DNA of 42,756 nucleotides from a virus: UHGV virus genome UHGV-0334807; one strand, 5' to 3'. Shown piece by piece: positions 10,325 to 20,394 of this stretch (position 1 is its first letter; each line of letters starts with the position of its first letter). The notes under the pieces were generated by a model. It saw only the letters and a program-made list of their open reading frames with translations, ran no database searches and was not told where the DNA came from. The position numbers and the translations under genes were made by a program.

Positions 10325-11196
10325 ATATGAGTGTGTCCGTTATACGTTGTGCGGACTTCAGTTATTGTGCCTTGTCGGTCCTGCACCTCTTGCCCTGCTA
10401 ACACACTACCGCGAGTTGTGATATTACCTGTTCCACCGTTATCTCCAGTGACAGAAATATCGTTACGGAATGTCGCTAATTTATCTACTACTAATGTCTC
10501 GGTAATATGCGTTGGACCAGCTAGTGTTATACCACCCGGAGCCCACGCGCTGATTGTTTGAGCTGTCAGCGATATTCTGTTCGCAGCAGTAACACTAACA
10601 GAACTCGTTGCTATAACGTTCACTAAATCAGCATGTGCGTTAATTGTATCTGTCGCTGTGACATTAATAATATCAGCGTCTGCGTTAATTAATTTCCCAC
10701 CATGGATATTAACTACATTTTCGCTATTAATAGTAACATCTGCGCGTCCAAATATTTCTATTTCAGACTCACCGAGTATTTTTACCACGCCGTCCGGTAC
10801 GCCCTGCCATGTCAGAGTGTGATTTTTTGTGTTATACGTCATCGTAGCCCCGTCACAGTATGCAGTGACATGATCATGGGGGTCATTGCTTGGCGGAGCT
10901 TTGTCGTCAATGTGCAGCCCGAGCATAACTACACCGTTCCGCGTATCCCCACCCTCAGAAACAACAGTAACGGGATCGCCCACTGATGGTGCGCTCCAGT
11001 CGACGCGTTCTGAGGTGGCGTGAGTAAACCACTGCAGCCAGCCTGACTGGTGTTCGCCACCAAATGAGACTCGGCAGCGTGGAGGATTCATTTTAACTGC
11101 AGCTATCGTGCCGCGTTTAACTGCGTCACGCAGCCTGCGCGCGTTCTCCGCTGCAGCATATTCATCGTCCGATTGGGCCATAATAGTCGCCCTCAT
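10279..11196 (-). CDS. baseplate assembly protein V / spike
   Basis: 305 aa with Gly-rich N-terminal region typical of gpV; true start probably internal (MAQSDDEY...). Confidence 0.65.
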   Translation of the reverse strand: MRATIMAQSDDEYAAAENARRLRDAVKRGTIAAVKMNPPRCRVSFGGEHQSGWLQWFTHATSERVDWSAPSVGDPVTVVSEGGDTRNGVVMLGLHIDDKAPPSNDPHDHVTAYCDGATMTYNTKNHTLTWQGVPDGVVKILGESEIEIFGRADVTINSENVVNIHGGKLINADADIINVTATDTINAHADLVNVIATSSVSVTAANRISLTAQTISAWAPGGITLAGPTHITETLVVDKLATFRNDISVTGDNGGTGNITTRGSVLAGQEVQDRQGTITEVRTTYNGHTHICPDGETQQPNQPMA

Positions 11197-11698
11197 GTTC
11201 TGCGCCGATATCTGGTGCTATTCCGACGTATATATTTTTCAGGGTCCCCTGTGAGGGATAATCGAAAATATCTGGACCAACGCCTACAACCTGCGTGAAC
11301 GACACGCACTGAACTGAATGCGAACCGACTGACTGCCCGTTTTTAATCCAGTCGCACGGTTCCGCGTCGCTGAATTTTGCCGGTTTAGTTCCGGGACCGA
11401 ACATTCGCCCATTGATCCAGCTCGTCATATAGAGCGCTGCATTCTGCGATTTCAGTCCGTACTGATCAGCTGCAAATTCACGCAGCAAATACAAATTACA
11501 CGACAGCTCGACTGACTGAATTGAGCCTGGAACCGATTCGTCACTCTGTGACCAGTTGCTGATTTCCAGGAACAGAGCTGGCGTTTCAAATCCAGCCGGA
11601 ATTTCCGGATAAATTCCGAATGTTTTGATGAACGGTATTTGTAAAACCGCGCCTTTAACGCGATCAAGATATTCGTCAAATGCATCCAGTCCGCTCAT
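11162..11698 (-). CDS. virion morphogenesis / tail completion protein (putative)
   Basis: 178 aa ORF between head and baseplate modules. Confidence 0.35.
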   Translation of the reverse strand: MSGLDAFDEYLDRVKGAVLQIPFIKTFGIYPEIPAGFETPALFLEISNWSQSDESVPGSIQSVELSCNLYLLREFAADQYGLKSQNAALYMTSWINGRMFGPGTKPAKFSDAEPCDWIKNGQSVGSHSVQCVSFTQVVGVGPDIFDYPSQGTLKNIYVGIAPDIGAEHEGDYYGPIGR

Positions 11699-12375
11699 AA
11701 TCGTTTACCTGTTTTTGGGTCTACGTGGACATTACCTTTCACGCGACCGCGCAAATCTTTCTCAAAAAAGCCCATAAAAACAGGGCCAATGTTTTCAAAA
11801 ATATAATCATCGATAGCATCCTCCAGCGCGTCGTGCACAGGTACGCGAGCCTCTTCGATTCCTCCGCGATCCAGTCGAATCCAGACACTTTTCGCACCGT
11901 AGCGTTTCGCTACGAATGAATCGGGCCAACTCATCATCGCCAGCCCTGCACTTTTGGGTGTAAAAGTTGCCCCTCTAGCGCCTTTTTTGGTTTTCAAAAA
12001 CAGGCCGGTCTCAAGATCGCGAGGCTGTTTTTGCCTCCGTGGATTTTGTAATCGCCCCTTTAGCTCAGATACCCGGAAATCATTCAGACCGTACCAGAGC
12101 TTGGCGCTGCTCAGGTCTCCTGCCCCTTCTTTTGTAAAATTACGGCGCTTAATGAACGGCTTGATTCGTTTATCTACGGCCTTATGATTTTTAGCTGCCA
12201 GTGCAGTCAAAATCATTCCTGCTGAAATTCGGTGCATATGTTTTGCAGTTCGGTTCAGCGCCCTGTTGTATACCATTAACATTTGATGTTGCGTCGCGCT
12301 GATTTCGACTCTGAGCTGCTCCAGCGCCGAAACATCGATATCGAACATCTGCGCGTTACTACGTAAATCGGCCAC
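11695..12375 (-). CDS. virion structural protein (head-tail joining or tail completion, putative)
   Basis: 226 aa ORF, position only. Confidence 0.35.
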   Translation of the reverse strand: MADLRSNAQMFDIDVSALEQLRVEISATQHQMLMVYNRALNRTAKHMHRISAGMILTALAAKNHKAVDKRIKPFIKRRNFTKEGAGDLSSAKLWYGLNDFRVSELKGRLQNPRRQKQPRDLETGLFLKTKKGARGATFTPKSAGLAMMSWPDSFVAKRYGAKSVWIRLDRGGIEEARVPVHDALEDAIDDYIFENIGPVFMGFFEKDLRGRVKGNVHVDPKTGKRL

Positions 12376-12406
12376 GGTTCCCCCTTAAGTGGGACCGAGG
12401 TCCCAC

Positions 12407-12787
12407 TTAGTATTTTGAATACTCGCTGTTTTCGCTGGACGTGTGAGGCTCTAAAAAAATATTCGTGAGCCCTGTGCCATCAGGTTGAGGCTCTTTAACC
12501 ACGTAATCGGTCCAGCCAGACCAGGTAACAGAGCCGTCAGGTTCGATGCTGCGCTGCTTTGGAACCTGGACGACGTCACGCGCAACAACGCCAGCGACGT
12601 CGTCCGAGAGCGCCGTCAGGCTCGTTACTGTACCGGTAATAAAACCAGCGTGAGGAACGTCAACGCGCGCGTAAGGCTCGTTGAAAATAGCGATAATGGG
12701 GTCGGTTTTACCGCGTAATTTAACGGGCCGTCCCCACTCACGGATCATCTCCTCGTCGCCGGCCCGGAGGTCATCGTAGTAGCTCAT
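12407..12787 (-). CDS. head-tail connector protein (lambda FII-like, putative)
   Basis: 126 aa ORF downstream of the capsid gene. Confidence 0.4.
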   Translation of the reverse strand: MSYYDDLRAGDEEMIREWGRPVKLRGKTDPIIAIFNEPYARVDVPHAGFITGTVTSLTALSDDVAGVVARDVVQVPKQRSIEPDGSVTWSGWTDYVVKEPQPDGTGLTNIFLEPHTSSENSEYSKY

Positions 12788-13203
12788 AGAGCGTAAACGT
12801 GATCAGCTGCGATAAGGTCTGCGACCTCCGGTGAATCAACAACAATTTCACGGCCTGCGGCAACAATCTCGCGAACGCGACGCCCGTTCACGTAGTGATA
12901 AACGTCCAGCGTGTTACGCAACTTGACGCGGCGCGTAGCCGGTGCGAGCTCCTGCTCTTGTGACTGTGAAACGATAGCGCTCGCGATTGATTGAGCGAGT
13001 TCATTATCGGTCCCGGACGCAGTATTCACTGTAATCTCGATGCCTCCCGCGTCACCGGATTGCTCGTTCAGAATATCGAGCTCTGACTCAGCGCCGGCAA
13101 CGATTGATTCCAGTTCCGCAATAGTCCCGCTGCGCGGTAATTCGCGACCGAGCTGAGCGCTCAGATCGTCAATACGCGCCAGCAATTCTGTTTTTGTGCT
13201 CAT
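12784..13203 (-). CDS. DNA packaging/head completion protein (lambda FI-like, putative)
   Basis: 139 aa ORF immediately after the major capsid gene. Confidence 0.4.
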   Translation of the reverse strand: MSTKTELLARIDDLSAQLGRELPRSGTIAELESIVAGAESELDILNEQSGDAGGIEITVNTASGTDNELAQSIASAIVSQSQEQELAPATRRVKLRNTLDVYHYVNGRRVREIVAAGREIVVDSPEVADLIAADHVYAL

Positions 13204-13237
13204 GTTGATTCCTTAACAAAAAAGAGCCTTTCGACTC

Positions 13238-14272
13238 TTACGCGATTTTTACGACAACGAACGCGTCGGCGTCCGTGAGGACCATTGCTGGCGCGGATTG
13301 CGTCATTGTTTGCGTCACTGCCGGATCACCGGTAGTGGTCCAGACTTTTGGATAGCGCGTCGCTTCGGAAATACCCTCTTTCAGCGCGTCTTCGTCCTGA
13401 ATTGCGCCATAAGTGCGGAGCCCGCGGTTTTTTGTGTTGCCAAGGATCATCGTGTTATCCGGCATATAACGCGTTTCAGTGTCTGTTACCGGGTCGAGGT
13501 ATTGCCCTTTGTAGACAAACAGCGCAGTGTCGCCGTAGTAGCCTTTAAAGCTGACAACGTCGCCCAGGTTTTTCAGCGCGACCTCGAGCTGGCTGTTTGA
13601 GCCACGGCGCGTATCCAGTGCCGTCCAGAATTTTTTAAAACGCTTCAACTGCTTCCAGGCTTTACCATCCATGATGATCACGTTAACCGCACCGGAGGCG
13701 AGGTCCGCGTAGGATTCAATATCGTCGCTCGGGTCATACGTTTCCGCGTCCTGAGTCGACCAGGCTGTCGAACCGGACTGAGTGACGTTATTCGTCGCGC
13801 TGCGGCTCATGTCGATCTCATAGGTCTCGATATTGCTGCCGGAAACAGTGTATTTACCGTACAGAACAGCCTGTACCGCCTGGAACTCTTCGAGCTGGCT
13901 GATGCTCAGTTCCTCATCAAGCAGGTTCTGCATGATGATTTTTGCACGACGTTCGACCGGCGTTTCCGGCTGGCCAATCTGCTCACCGGCTGCGCGCTTG
14001 ATGCTCATATTCGGATTGATCGTGTGCTTGGGTTTCGTGTAACCCGGTTTGAAATGGTTCGTTGAATAGCCGCGAGTGCGGTCAACTTTGCCGGTGATCA
14101 TCGGCGCGCAGTACACGGCCATGTTCACTTTTCCCGGGATTTTATCCAGAAAAACCTCTTCGCTCGTAAACGTGTAGGTCTCACGGAAAAACAGCTTTAA
14201 AAACAACGGATTGAACTTAAATACCTGCTGTGTCGCGGTAATCAGTTCTGACGTAGTAAACGAATCGCTCAT
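13238..14272 (-). CDS. major capsid protein (lambda gpE-like)
   Basis: 344 aa; N-terminus resembles lambda E (lambda length 341 aa); follows decoration and protease genes. Confidence 0.8.
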   Translation of the reverse strand: MSDSFTTSELITATQQVFKFNPLFLKLFFRETYTFTSEEVFLDKIPGKVNMAVYCAPMITGKVDRTRGYSTNHFKPGYTKPKHTINPNMSIKRAAGEQIGQPETPVERRAKIIMQNLLDEELSISQLEEFQAVQAVLYGKYTVSGSNIETYEIDMSRSATNNVTQSGSTAWSTQDAETYDPSDDIESYADLASGAVNVIIMDGKAWKQLKRFKKFWTALDTRRGSNSQLEVALKNLGDVVSFKGYYGDTALFVYKGQYLDPVTDTETRYMPDNTMILGNTKNRGLRTYGAIQDEDALKEGISEATRYPKVWTTTGDPAVTQTMTQSAPAMVLTDADAFVVVKIA

Positions 14273-14330
14273 TTATATATCCTGTTATAAAAAAACCGCC
14301 CGGAGGCGGCTTGTTTTGAGTTTTTTGCTA

Positions 14331-14660
14331 TCAGCCGACGCTGATCGGCGTACCCGCAAATGCTGATTTGCGTTTAGCTACGTCGGTAACCGTACCCCAG
14401 TTAATCGCCGTGTAACGGAACGAGCCTGATTTATAGTACGAGCAGTCTGCAGAACTGGAGCCAGTATTAACTGCGGTGGCAGTGAGGCCAATAGCTTTAC
14501 CGACTGAGCCGTCCCAAACCTTAAACGTCCCGACAGTAGCGTCGAGCATAATCGGTGTCAGCCGGGGTACGTTGATCCCGCCCTGAAAATGACCGACGGT
14601 CGTGACAACAAGGTCAGGCCCAAGAATAAAATCGTCCGGGCTATACGTTTCTGTAGTCAT
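14331..14660 (-). CDS. head decoration protein (lambda gpD-like)
   Basis: 109 aa with YKSGSFRY...AFAGT motifs resembling lambda D. Confidence 0.7.
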   Translation of the reverse strand: MTTETYSPDDFILGPDLVVTTVGHFQGGINVPRLTPIMLDATVGTFKVWDGSVGKAIGLTATAVNTGSSSADCSYYKSGSFRYTAINWGTVTDVAKRKSAFAGTPISVG

Positions 14661-15967
14661 TATTCATCCCCTAAAATTGAACGCCCTGCAGCAACCAGCA
14701 TCGAGACGTTTGCGGTTGTTCCTGTTGCCGTAGTACTGCCAGCATCCTGAATAGTCGCTGGTGATTCAGTGCTCATTAGTGTATCGAGCGCCGTTTCTGT
14801 CCGCGCCTGCGCCGTTTTAGGTGCTGCAGCGAGGACTACCTGCGCCTGCCCGACCGTCATCCCGGGGACGCCAGCGAGCGCTTTTGCCTGCGCCTCGCGC
14901 CCAACAGCTTCGGGACAATTGATGATGGCCATCACACGCGCCAGTTCGCTTGATGCGGCGTCCGCGCGAATCTGCTCCGTGTTAAACTCAACCTGCGCGA
15001 CAGTAGTCGTGGTCGCGGTTTGTTCTGTGGTCGTGGTCTCCGCCGTGGTTTCTGTACCAGACATAAAGCGCTCCATTTTTGGTTTCAGTGCGTCGGCCAT
15101 CACTGCGATAGCGTCCGCGTAATTAACGAGTTGATCAGCGAGACCAGATTTAATCGCGTCCGCGCCGATAAATACTGCAGCTTCCGTGGCCAGCACCCTG
15201 GATTTTTTCAGCCCGGTATAATCCGAGACTTTTTGCGCGAACTGCTCGCGCGTGCTGTTAATACTCAGCTGGAATTCGTCGCGAACGTCGCCTGGCAGCT
15301 GGGAATACGGGTTCCCGTCAACTTTGTGCGCGCCGGCGTAAATCAGCGTCACGTCGACGCCAGCAATCTCCAGCGCTTTTTCGACGCAGCGGTGAGCCAT
15401 CAGGACACCGATTGAACCAACTGTGCCTGTCTGCGTTATCAGCCGGCGCGAACACGCTGACGCCAGCAAATAGGCAGCGCTGCAGGCCGTATCGCTGGCC
15501 AGCGCCCACACAGGTTTTTGCTCTCGCGCCCGGGCGATTAAATCAGCAGTATCAAACGCGCCGGCGACTTCACCGCCAGGGGAGTCAATATCAAGCAGGA
15601 CCCCTCTTACATCGGGATCAGAAATCGCCTGCTGCAGGCGTTTTGCGATTCCGTTGTAACCGCTCATCCCGCTAACTGGGTTGATATAACCCAATTTATG
15701 AACCAGCGTCCCGGTAACCGGCAGAACGGCTATACCACGCTCCACGCGATACGATTTCTGGCGTGTTCGCTCGCTGCTGTCCCACCCCATCGCGAGCGCG
15801 TTCATTTCGTCGCTGTTCATTACCTCTCCAGACGCTGTATCAATCAGTCGCCCGGTACCGAACCGGTCGCTCAGCGCCGAAAAAAATACCCGCGCGTAGG
15901 TGGGCTCCAGCAAAAGCGGTTGATTGAACGCCCTGGCGGCGAGGTGCGGAAAATTGTTCCACGGCAT
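14660..15967 (-). CDS. prohead protease/scaffold, S49 (SppA) family (lambda gpC-like)
   Basis: 435 aa with S49 peptidase-like core and Thr/Ala-rich C-terminal region; directly downstream of portal. Confidence 0.8.
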   Translation of the reverse strand: MPWNNFPHLAARAFNQPLLLEPTYARVFFSALSDRFGTGRLIDTASGEVMNSDEMNALAMGWDSSERTRQKSYRVERGIAVLPVTGTLVHKLGYINPVSGMSGYNGIAKRLQQAISDPDVRGVLLDIDSPGGEVAGAFDTADLIARAREQKPVWALASDTACSAAYLLASACSRRLITQTGTVGSIGVLMAHRCVEKALEIAGVDVTLIYAGAHKVDGNPYSQLPGDVRDEFQLSINSTREQFAQKVSDYTGLKKSRVLATEAAVFIGADAIKSGLADQLVNYADAIAVMADALKPKMERFMSGTETTAETTTTEQTATTTTVAQVEFNTEQIRADAASSELARVMAIINCPEAVGREAQAKALAGVPGMTVGQAQVVLAAAPKTAQARTETALDTLMSTESPATIQDAGSTTATGTTANVSMLVAAGRSILGDE

Positions 15968-16276
15968 CAGTTACCTCCCCAGCCGTTATCGTTGGTATTT
16001 GAGGGGTGAGATACAGACCATGACGGTTCGCTCAGCCCCATTTCACGCCGGCGCTGAATTTCGTATTCCTGCTGCTCCATAACCTCCTCGTAATCCTGTC
16101 CCTGCAGCGCCAGTTCGTTCTGATACGTGCTGAGGCCAGTTGTGATGCGCATGGCGCTCTCCTGAACCTCTTTCAGCCCATCAATCGCCATGCGACCAGC
16201 GCCGATCCAGAGCGCGTTCGTCCAGGAGTTCCGCGCCTCATAAAACGACCGGACAGCTGAGCGTGGCAGGGTGATA

Positions 16277-16422
16277 ATTCCGCGTGCCAGCGCCTCTTCA
16301 AACCAGCAGCAGAACATCAGCGACGCCTGTCGCGCGGCGATAAAACGTCGAATGCTCGACACACTGCAGCAAACACAACTGCAGAGCGCCATTGTGAAGG
16401 CGATGTATGCCGCGACAATCGA
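16277..16422. repeat. left copies of two adjacent segments (about 74 and 72 bp) that recur inverted at 16771..16916
   Basis: Perfect reverse-complement identity to the right block, segment by segment, inferred from identical peptides on opposite strands and from the raw sequence. Confidence 0.8.
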
Positions 16423-16770
16423 ATCAGAGCTCGACAGCCAGCAGGCGTTTGAATATATCGCCGGCGCGGGTACTGATATCGACTCGAACCCGCTGAATTC
16501 GTTTATTCAGAGTTACGTGACGTACTACAACGGCGCAAATATCAAGCTCGGTGGTGTGAAAGTTCCCCACCTGCATCCCGGCGACAAACTCAGTTTACAG
16601 ACCGCTCAGAATGCTGATGCTGGTTTTAGTTCACTGGAAAAATCACTCCTGCGTTACGTTGCAGCTGGCGTTGGCGCGTCATACGAAGAACTTAGCCGGG
16701 ACTACAGCCAGGTCAGTTACTCCAGCGCCCGGGCCAGTGCTAACGTCAGCTGGCGATTTTTCATGGGGCG

Positions 16771-16916
16771 TCGACGTTTTATCGCCGCGCGACAGGCGTC
16801 GCTGATGTTCTGCTGCTGGTTTGAAGAGGCGCTGGCACGCGGAATCGATTGTCGCGGCATACATCGCCTTCACAATGGCGCTCTGCAGTTGTGTTTGCTG
16901 CAGTGTGTCGAGCATT
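16771..16916. repeat. right copies (inverted) of the two segments at 16277..16422
   Basis: Same as above; the two repeat pairs are interleaved (P Q ... rcP rcQ) rather than forming one simple inverted repeat. Confidence 0.8.
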
Positions 16917-17682
16917 TTCAGGCGCTCCATGACGCTGTAAAAAATATTGTCCCCGCGGGTCTGTCCGTCCTCGAGCGGCTCGAATATGTGGATGAATGCG
17001 TGTCTGCCGCTGCTGAGCTGTGCTGGGATACGCCGGCATTTACCGACTCCGCCGAGAGGGTAAGTATCCTCGGCTATCCAGTACCCGACCGCGGCCCCGT
17101 TTTTATCGATATCAACACCGGCGCGGCGAAATTGAGTGTCAGCTGCGTAACCCGGATTTCGAATCCGTTTCGGTGAGACCATTTTGAATCGCGTCCGAAA
17201 AACGCTGCCGGCACTACTCTCCCAGACTGGTTGTACGCAGGTTTCACCGTTGAAAGCGTGAGTAGCCACGCCCTCGCGGATCATCATTGTGAACGTCCGT
17301 TTCCGCTCGATATCAATCGTGCAGTGAGGGTCCTCGGCGTATTCAGTCCACGCTACCTCGACGTCACGCGCCAGCGCCCTGGCGTCCTCGCGAGATATGC
17401 CGAGGTAACGCCAGTTAGGGCGATAACTCAACTTAAACAGATTGCCGACGATATGATCCTGGTGCAGCTGCACGGCGTTCGACGCGACGCCGTTATTGCG
17501 AACGAGATCGTCTGCTCGCGCGTTACCGCGATAAAAATTCGGCAACAGTGCTGCGTCGGCGCTCTGCTGTGGTGCGTTCCAGTCAATCAGCTGGCCACCG
17601 AAACCGGGACCGCCGCCGTTATACCCCGCGTAACGGCGTAGTGGCGTTTTACCGTCAGGCCCGAGCAGCTGCTGCGGAGCAG

Positions 17683-17916
17683 TCATAATCGAACTCCCAC
17701 GGGCCGACGGCGTCCCGTACTCAGACCGAGCTGTGATTTCAGCTCGATAATGTACGTTCGGAGCTGCTCAATACTCGCCTGCGAGTATTGATAGCTCCGG
17801 TTATTTCCTGCTGAATCGCCGTGAGACAGCGACACGGTCGATTTACCCGTTAATAATTTGTGCAGAGCGATTTCCGCTTCCAGCAGTCGTTCTGTTAAAA
17901 CCTCGCGCGACGTCAT
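17683..17916 (-). CDS. head-tail joining protein (lambda gpW-like)
   Basis: 77 aa between terminase and portal; resembles lambda W. Confidence 0.65.
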   Translation of the reverse strand: MTSREVLTERLLEAEIALHKLLTGKSTVSLSHGDSAGNNRSYQYSQASIEQLRTYIIELKSQLGLSTGRRRPVGVRL

Positions 17917-19877
17917 TAGCTCCCTCCGAGCATTCTGGCCATCTCCTCGAGAGACAGTTTGTTTTGTGATTTTTTCCGTTGCTCAGCGAGCGTCTCGAGA
18001 TTGAGCTGGAAACGAATTTTACTGATACGCAGCGCTGCCAGTCCGTACACCCAGCAGTCGAGCGCCTCATTTCGCCGGCCCTGGTTGTCCCAACGATAAA
18101 CGACGCGACCGTTAATGAGTTTCGGGATCAGAACCTCGGAGACGAGCTGTTTTGCCTCTGTCGTGCTGAATATTTCGTCGTCGTTGGGAAAATGAATCGC
18201 ACCTGGTGTCGCCGATTTGGAGTCGGGTTCCAGCTGCAGGCGCATTGCGAGCAGGTCTTTCGCTGTATCTGTCCCAATCAACGACAAATACACTTTATTC
18301 GCGTTACGGGTACGAGGCATATTTACGACCGGCTGGCCGTATGAGCTCGCGCCCTTGATTGGAATGACCCACAGCGGACCGAGTTTCAGCGAGCGGTTAT
18401 AAACGACCTGCGCATCTATACCACCGGTATCCCACGCCCAGCGACTGACGCCGATTGTGGTCCCGTCGCTGCGCCGGTATTGTTTGCGAATCACTCCGTC
18501 GACGCGCTGCAGCGTGTCCTCCTCGTCGTAGCGACCGAGGACGATTGTTTTATCAATCAGCCAGCACTCCTCCTCGGCTCCCCAGCCCCACACATAACAC
18601 TCGTAGCGCCCGGACGTCTGAGAGTCGATGCCGCCGGTTATATAAACAACACCGTCAGGAACCTGGCTGGCGTATTTTTCCCGGCGATTAACCAGAATAT
18701 CGTGCTCCAGCTGCTCGCTGGCCACGTCGCTCCAGAGTTCGCCGAGCGTCGTGTTATGAAACGTCTTTTCCTTGAGCGGGTCGCCTTTCGCTTTCAGCCA
18801 CTCGCTGACAATCTCGCCCCATCCATCGAGGTTTAGTGAATACAGGGCGTTTATCACGATCGCAGCGTGTTTCGGCGCGCGAACGACGCCACCGTCATGA
18901 TCAAAAAAATGAATGCCGTCTCGGGTCCAGGTGCAGTCCTCGGCTATCCAGCGCCCCCCGAACTCCATTTTTTCGAGATCGCGATAGTAAAAATGTTCCG
19001 GGCAGTGGCAGCACTGGTAATACGCGGACGACGATTTCGCCTCATTGGTCTGCAGGCTGTTATCCCATTTGAGGCCGTATTCGATACCGTCGAAACCAAA
19101 TACCAGGACCTGCTCCTCGCCACAATGCGGACATGTCAGGTAAAAACGAAACGTCAGATCGGCAGCGTCTTCGAGCATTTCGATATGACTTTTGCCGGTA
19201 ACGGTCGGCGTCGAACCAAAAATCGCCTTCGGGTACGCTGCCCCTTTAATTCGAACGAGCGCCAGTTCGATGGGCGAGCCCTCGCCTTTGCCTTTTTTGG
19301 CAACTTCCAGCGGCCAGCCGTCAACTTCGTCACCCTCGACAACCTGTTTCGTTAGTCGCCGGAAATTTCCTGGTGCACTCGCGCCGCGAAAATCAAGAAT
19401 CGCGCCGCTCATTTCTTTACGCTGGAGATTGTTACGCTCGTTGCTTTTATCCCAGTCGGGGAAAATTTTCTGAATCACTGGCATTTCGGCGATAGCGGGG
19501 TCAACCTCGTCGGCGACAAATCCATCCGATTCGTCATCGATAGGCTGATAGACCACGGCACTACGTTTTTTGTGCTCAGCGAAATAGAGCAGCGCCGCGA
19601 CGAGTATTTTTGTATAACCGAGACGAGCTGATTTGCGAACAGACACGATTTTTATCGCGTCGTTCGTCATCATATTGAGCATCACTACCTGGACCGGCTG
19701 AGTCGTCCAGTGCCCAGCGATGTGGCTGGAGCCCTCAGGGAGATAAAAATATTTATCAGCCCACTCAACACCCGTCATCGGTATCGTCACGCGCAAGGGA
19801 TTCAACCCTGTCGAGATCGCGTTCGATATCGCTGACATCGTAATCGCTGAAGTCGATTCGTATGTCTGACAACTCAT
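17916..19877 (-). CDS. terminase large subunit (lambda gpA-like)
   Basis: 653 aa; N-terminal region GVEWADKYFYLP...VKSARLGYTKIL parallels lambda A; true start probably internal (MSAISNA...). Confidence 0.85.
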   Translation of the reverse strand: MSCQTYESTSAITMSAISNAISTGLNPLRVTIPMTGVEWADKYFYLPEGSSHIAGHWTTQPVQVVMLNMMTNDAIKIVSVRKSARLGYTKILVAALLYFAEHKKRSAVVYQPIDDESDGFVADEVDPAIAEMPVIQKIFPDWDKSNERNNLQRKEMSGAILDFRGASAPGNFRRLTKQVVEGDEVDGWPLEVAKKGKGEGSPIELALVRIKGAAYPKAIFGSTPTVTGKSHIEMLEDAADLTFRFYLTCPHCGEEQVLVFGFDGIEYGLKWDNSLQTNEAKSSSAYYQCCHCPEHFYYRDLEKMEFGGRWIAEDCTWTRDGIHFFDHDGGVVRAPKHAAIVINALYSLNLDGWGEIVSEWLKAKGDPLKEKTFHNTTLGELWSDVASEQLEHDILVNRREKYASQVPDGVVYITGGIDSQTSGRYECYVWGWGAEEECWLIDKTIVLGRYDEEDTLQRVDGVIRKQYRRSDGTTIGVSRWAWDTGGIDAQVVYNRSLKLGPLWVIPIKGASSYGQPVVNMPRTRNANKVYLSLIGTDTAKDLLAMRLQLEPDSKSATPGAIHFPNDDEIFSTTEAKQLVSEVLIPKLINGRVVYRWDNQGRRNEALDCWVYGLAALRISKIRFQLNLETLAEQRKKSQNKLSLEEMARMLGGS

Positions 19878-20331
19878 TTAAGGCTATCGCCAGCTCCTCT
19901 CGTAATACACTGCTCGCCTCTTGCGGCATCTCCGGCCAGACCTTTTTCAGGCGTGGTGGCCACGACTCGACGCGGGTACGTAATTCAACGGCGACGCGAG
20001 ATACAGCGACGCTAATTAATTCAATTGGCGCGTAGCGTTTAGCGAGAATGCGGCGTTTTACTCGTGCCATCAGGATTCGCTCCTGTCGTTCCTCATTTTT
20101 CAGCCACTGCTCGCGATTTTTTTCGGGAGAATTGTCCCCCGCTTCCGGTTCGTCATTACTAGTTGTGTCGCGTCTATTGCTCCGGAGATAACGAATATAA
20201 AAATGGCGCCATGCGTCTAGCTCCCAATCACCACGTCCTTGTGGGACTGGTGCTCCCGGAAGTTTTGCGAGATCGCGCAGACGACGATCAGATAGCAGTA
20301 AATGTGCTGCAACCTCAGCCTGACTTGCCAT
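19765..20331 (-). CDS. terminase small subunit
   Basis: 188 aa ORF upstream of and overlapping the large subunit, next to the cos-like site. Confidence 0.55.
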   Translation of the reverse strand: MASQAEVAAHLLLSDRRLRDLAKLPGAPVPQGRGDWELDAWRHFYIRYLRSNRRDTTSNDEPEAGDNSPEKNREQWLKNEERQERILMARVKRRILAKRYAPIELISVAVSRVAVELRTRVESWPPRLKKVWPEMPQEASSVLREELAIALNELSDIRIDFSDYDVSDIERDLDRVESLARDDTDDGC

Positions 20332-20394
20332 TAAAAATCCTCACCGGAACCGGAAATACCCAAAATGAAAAAATACTAAAAACGAGCGAGTTTT

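Larger units (their letters stand above)
15967..17686 (-). pseudogene. portal protein (lambda gpB-like) disrupted by an internal inverted segment
   Basis: Portal N-terminal part is in ORF 16679..17686 and C-terminal part in ORF 15967..16392; the central portal codons are read on the plus strand (ORF 16271..17176). Peptides MLDTLQQTQLQSAIVKAMYAATI and RRFIAARQASLMFCCWFEEALARGI are each encoded twice on opposite strands. Confidence 0.6.

Noticed and set aside
16271-17176. 301 aa plus-strand ORF in the portal region
   Set aside because: It is a by-product of the inverted central portal segment: it carries genuine portal codons in its middle but runs through reverse-complemented flanks, so it is not an independent gene.
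565-19473. Numerous 60-160 aa plus-strand ORFs overlapping the minus-strand structural genes (for example 2357..2632, 13298..13600, 15020..15415, 18867..19355)
   Set aside because: They lie antisense within long, well-supported structural genes and have biased Arg/Ser/Cys-rich composition typical of spurious antisense frames.
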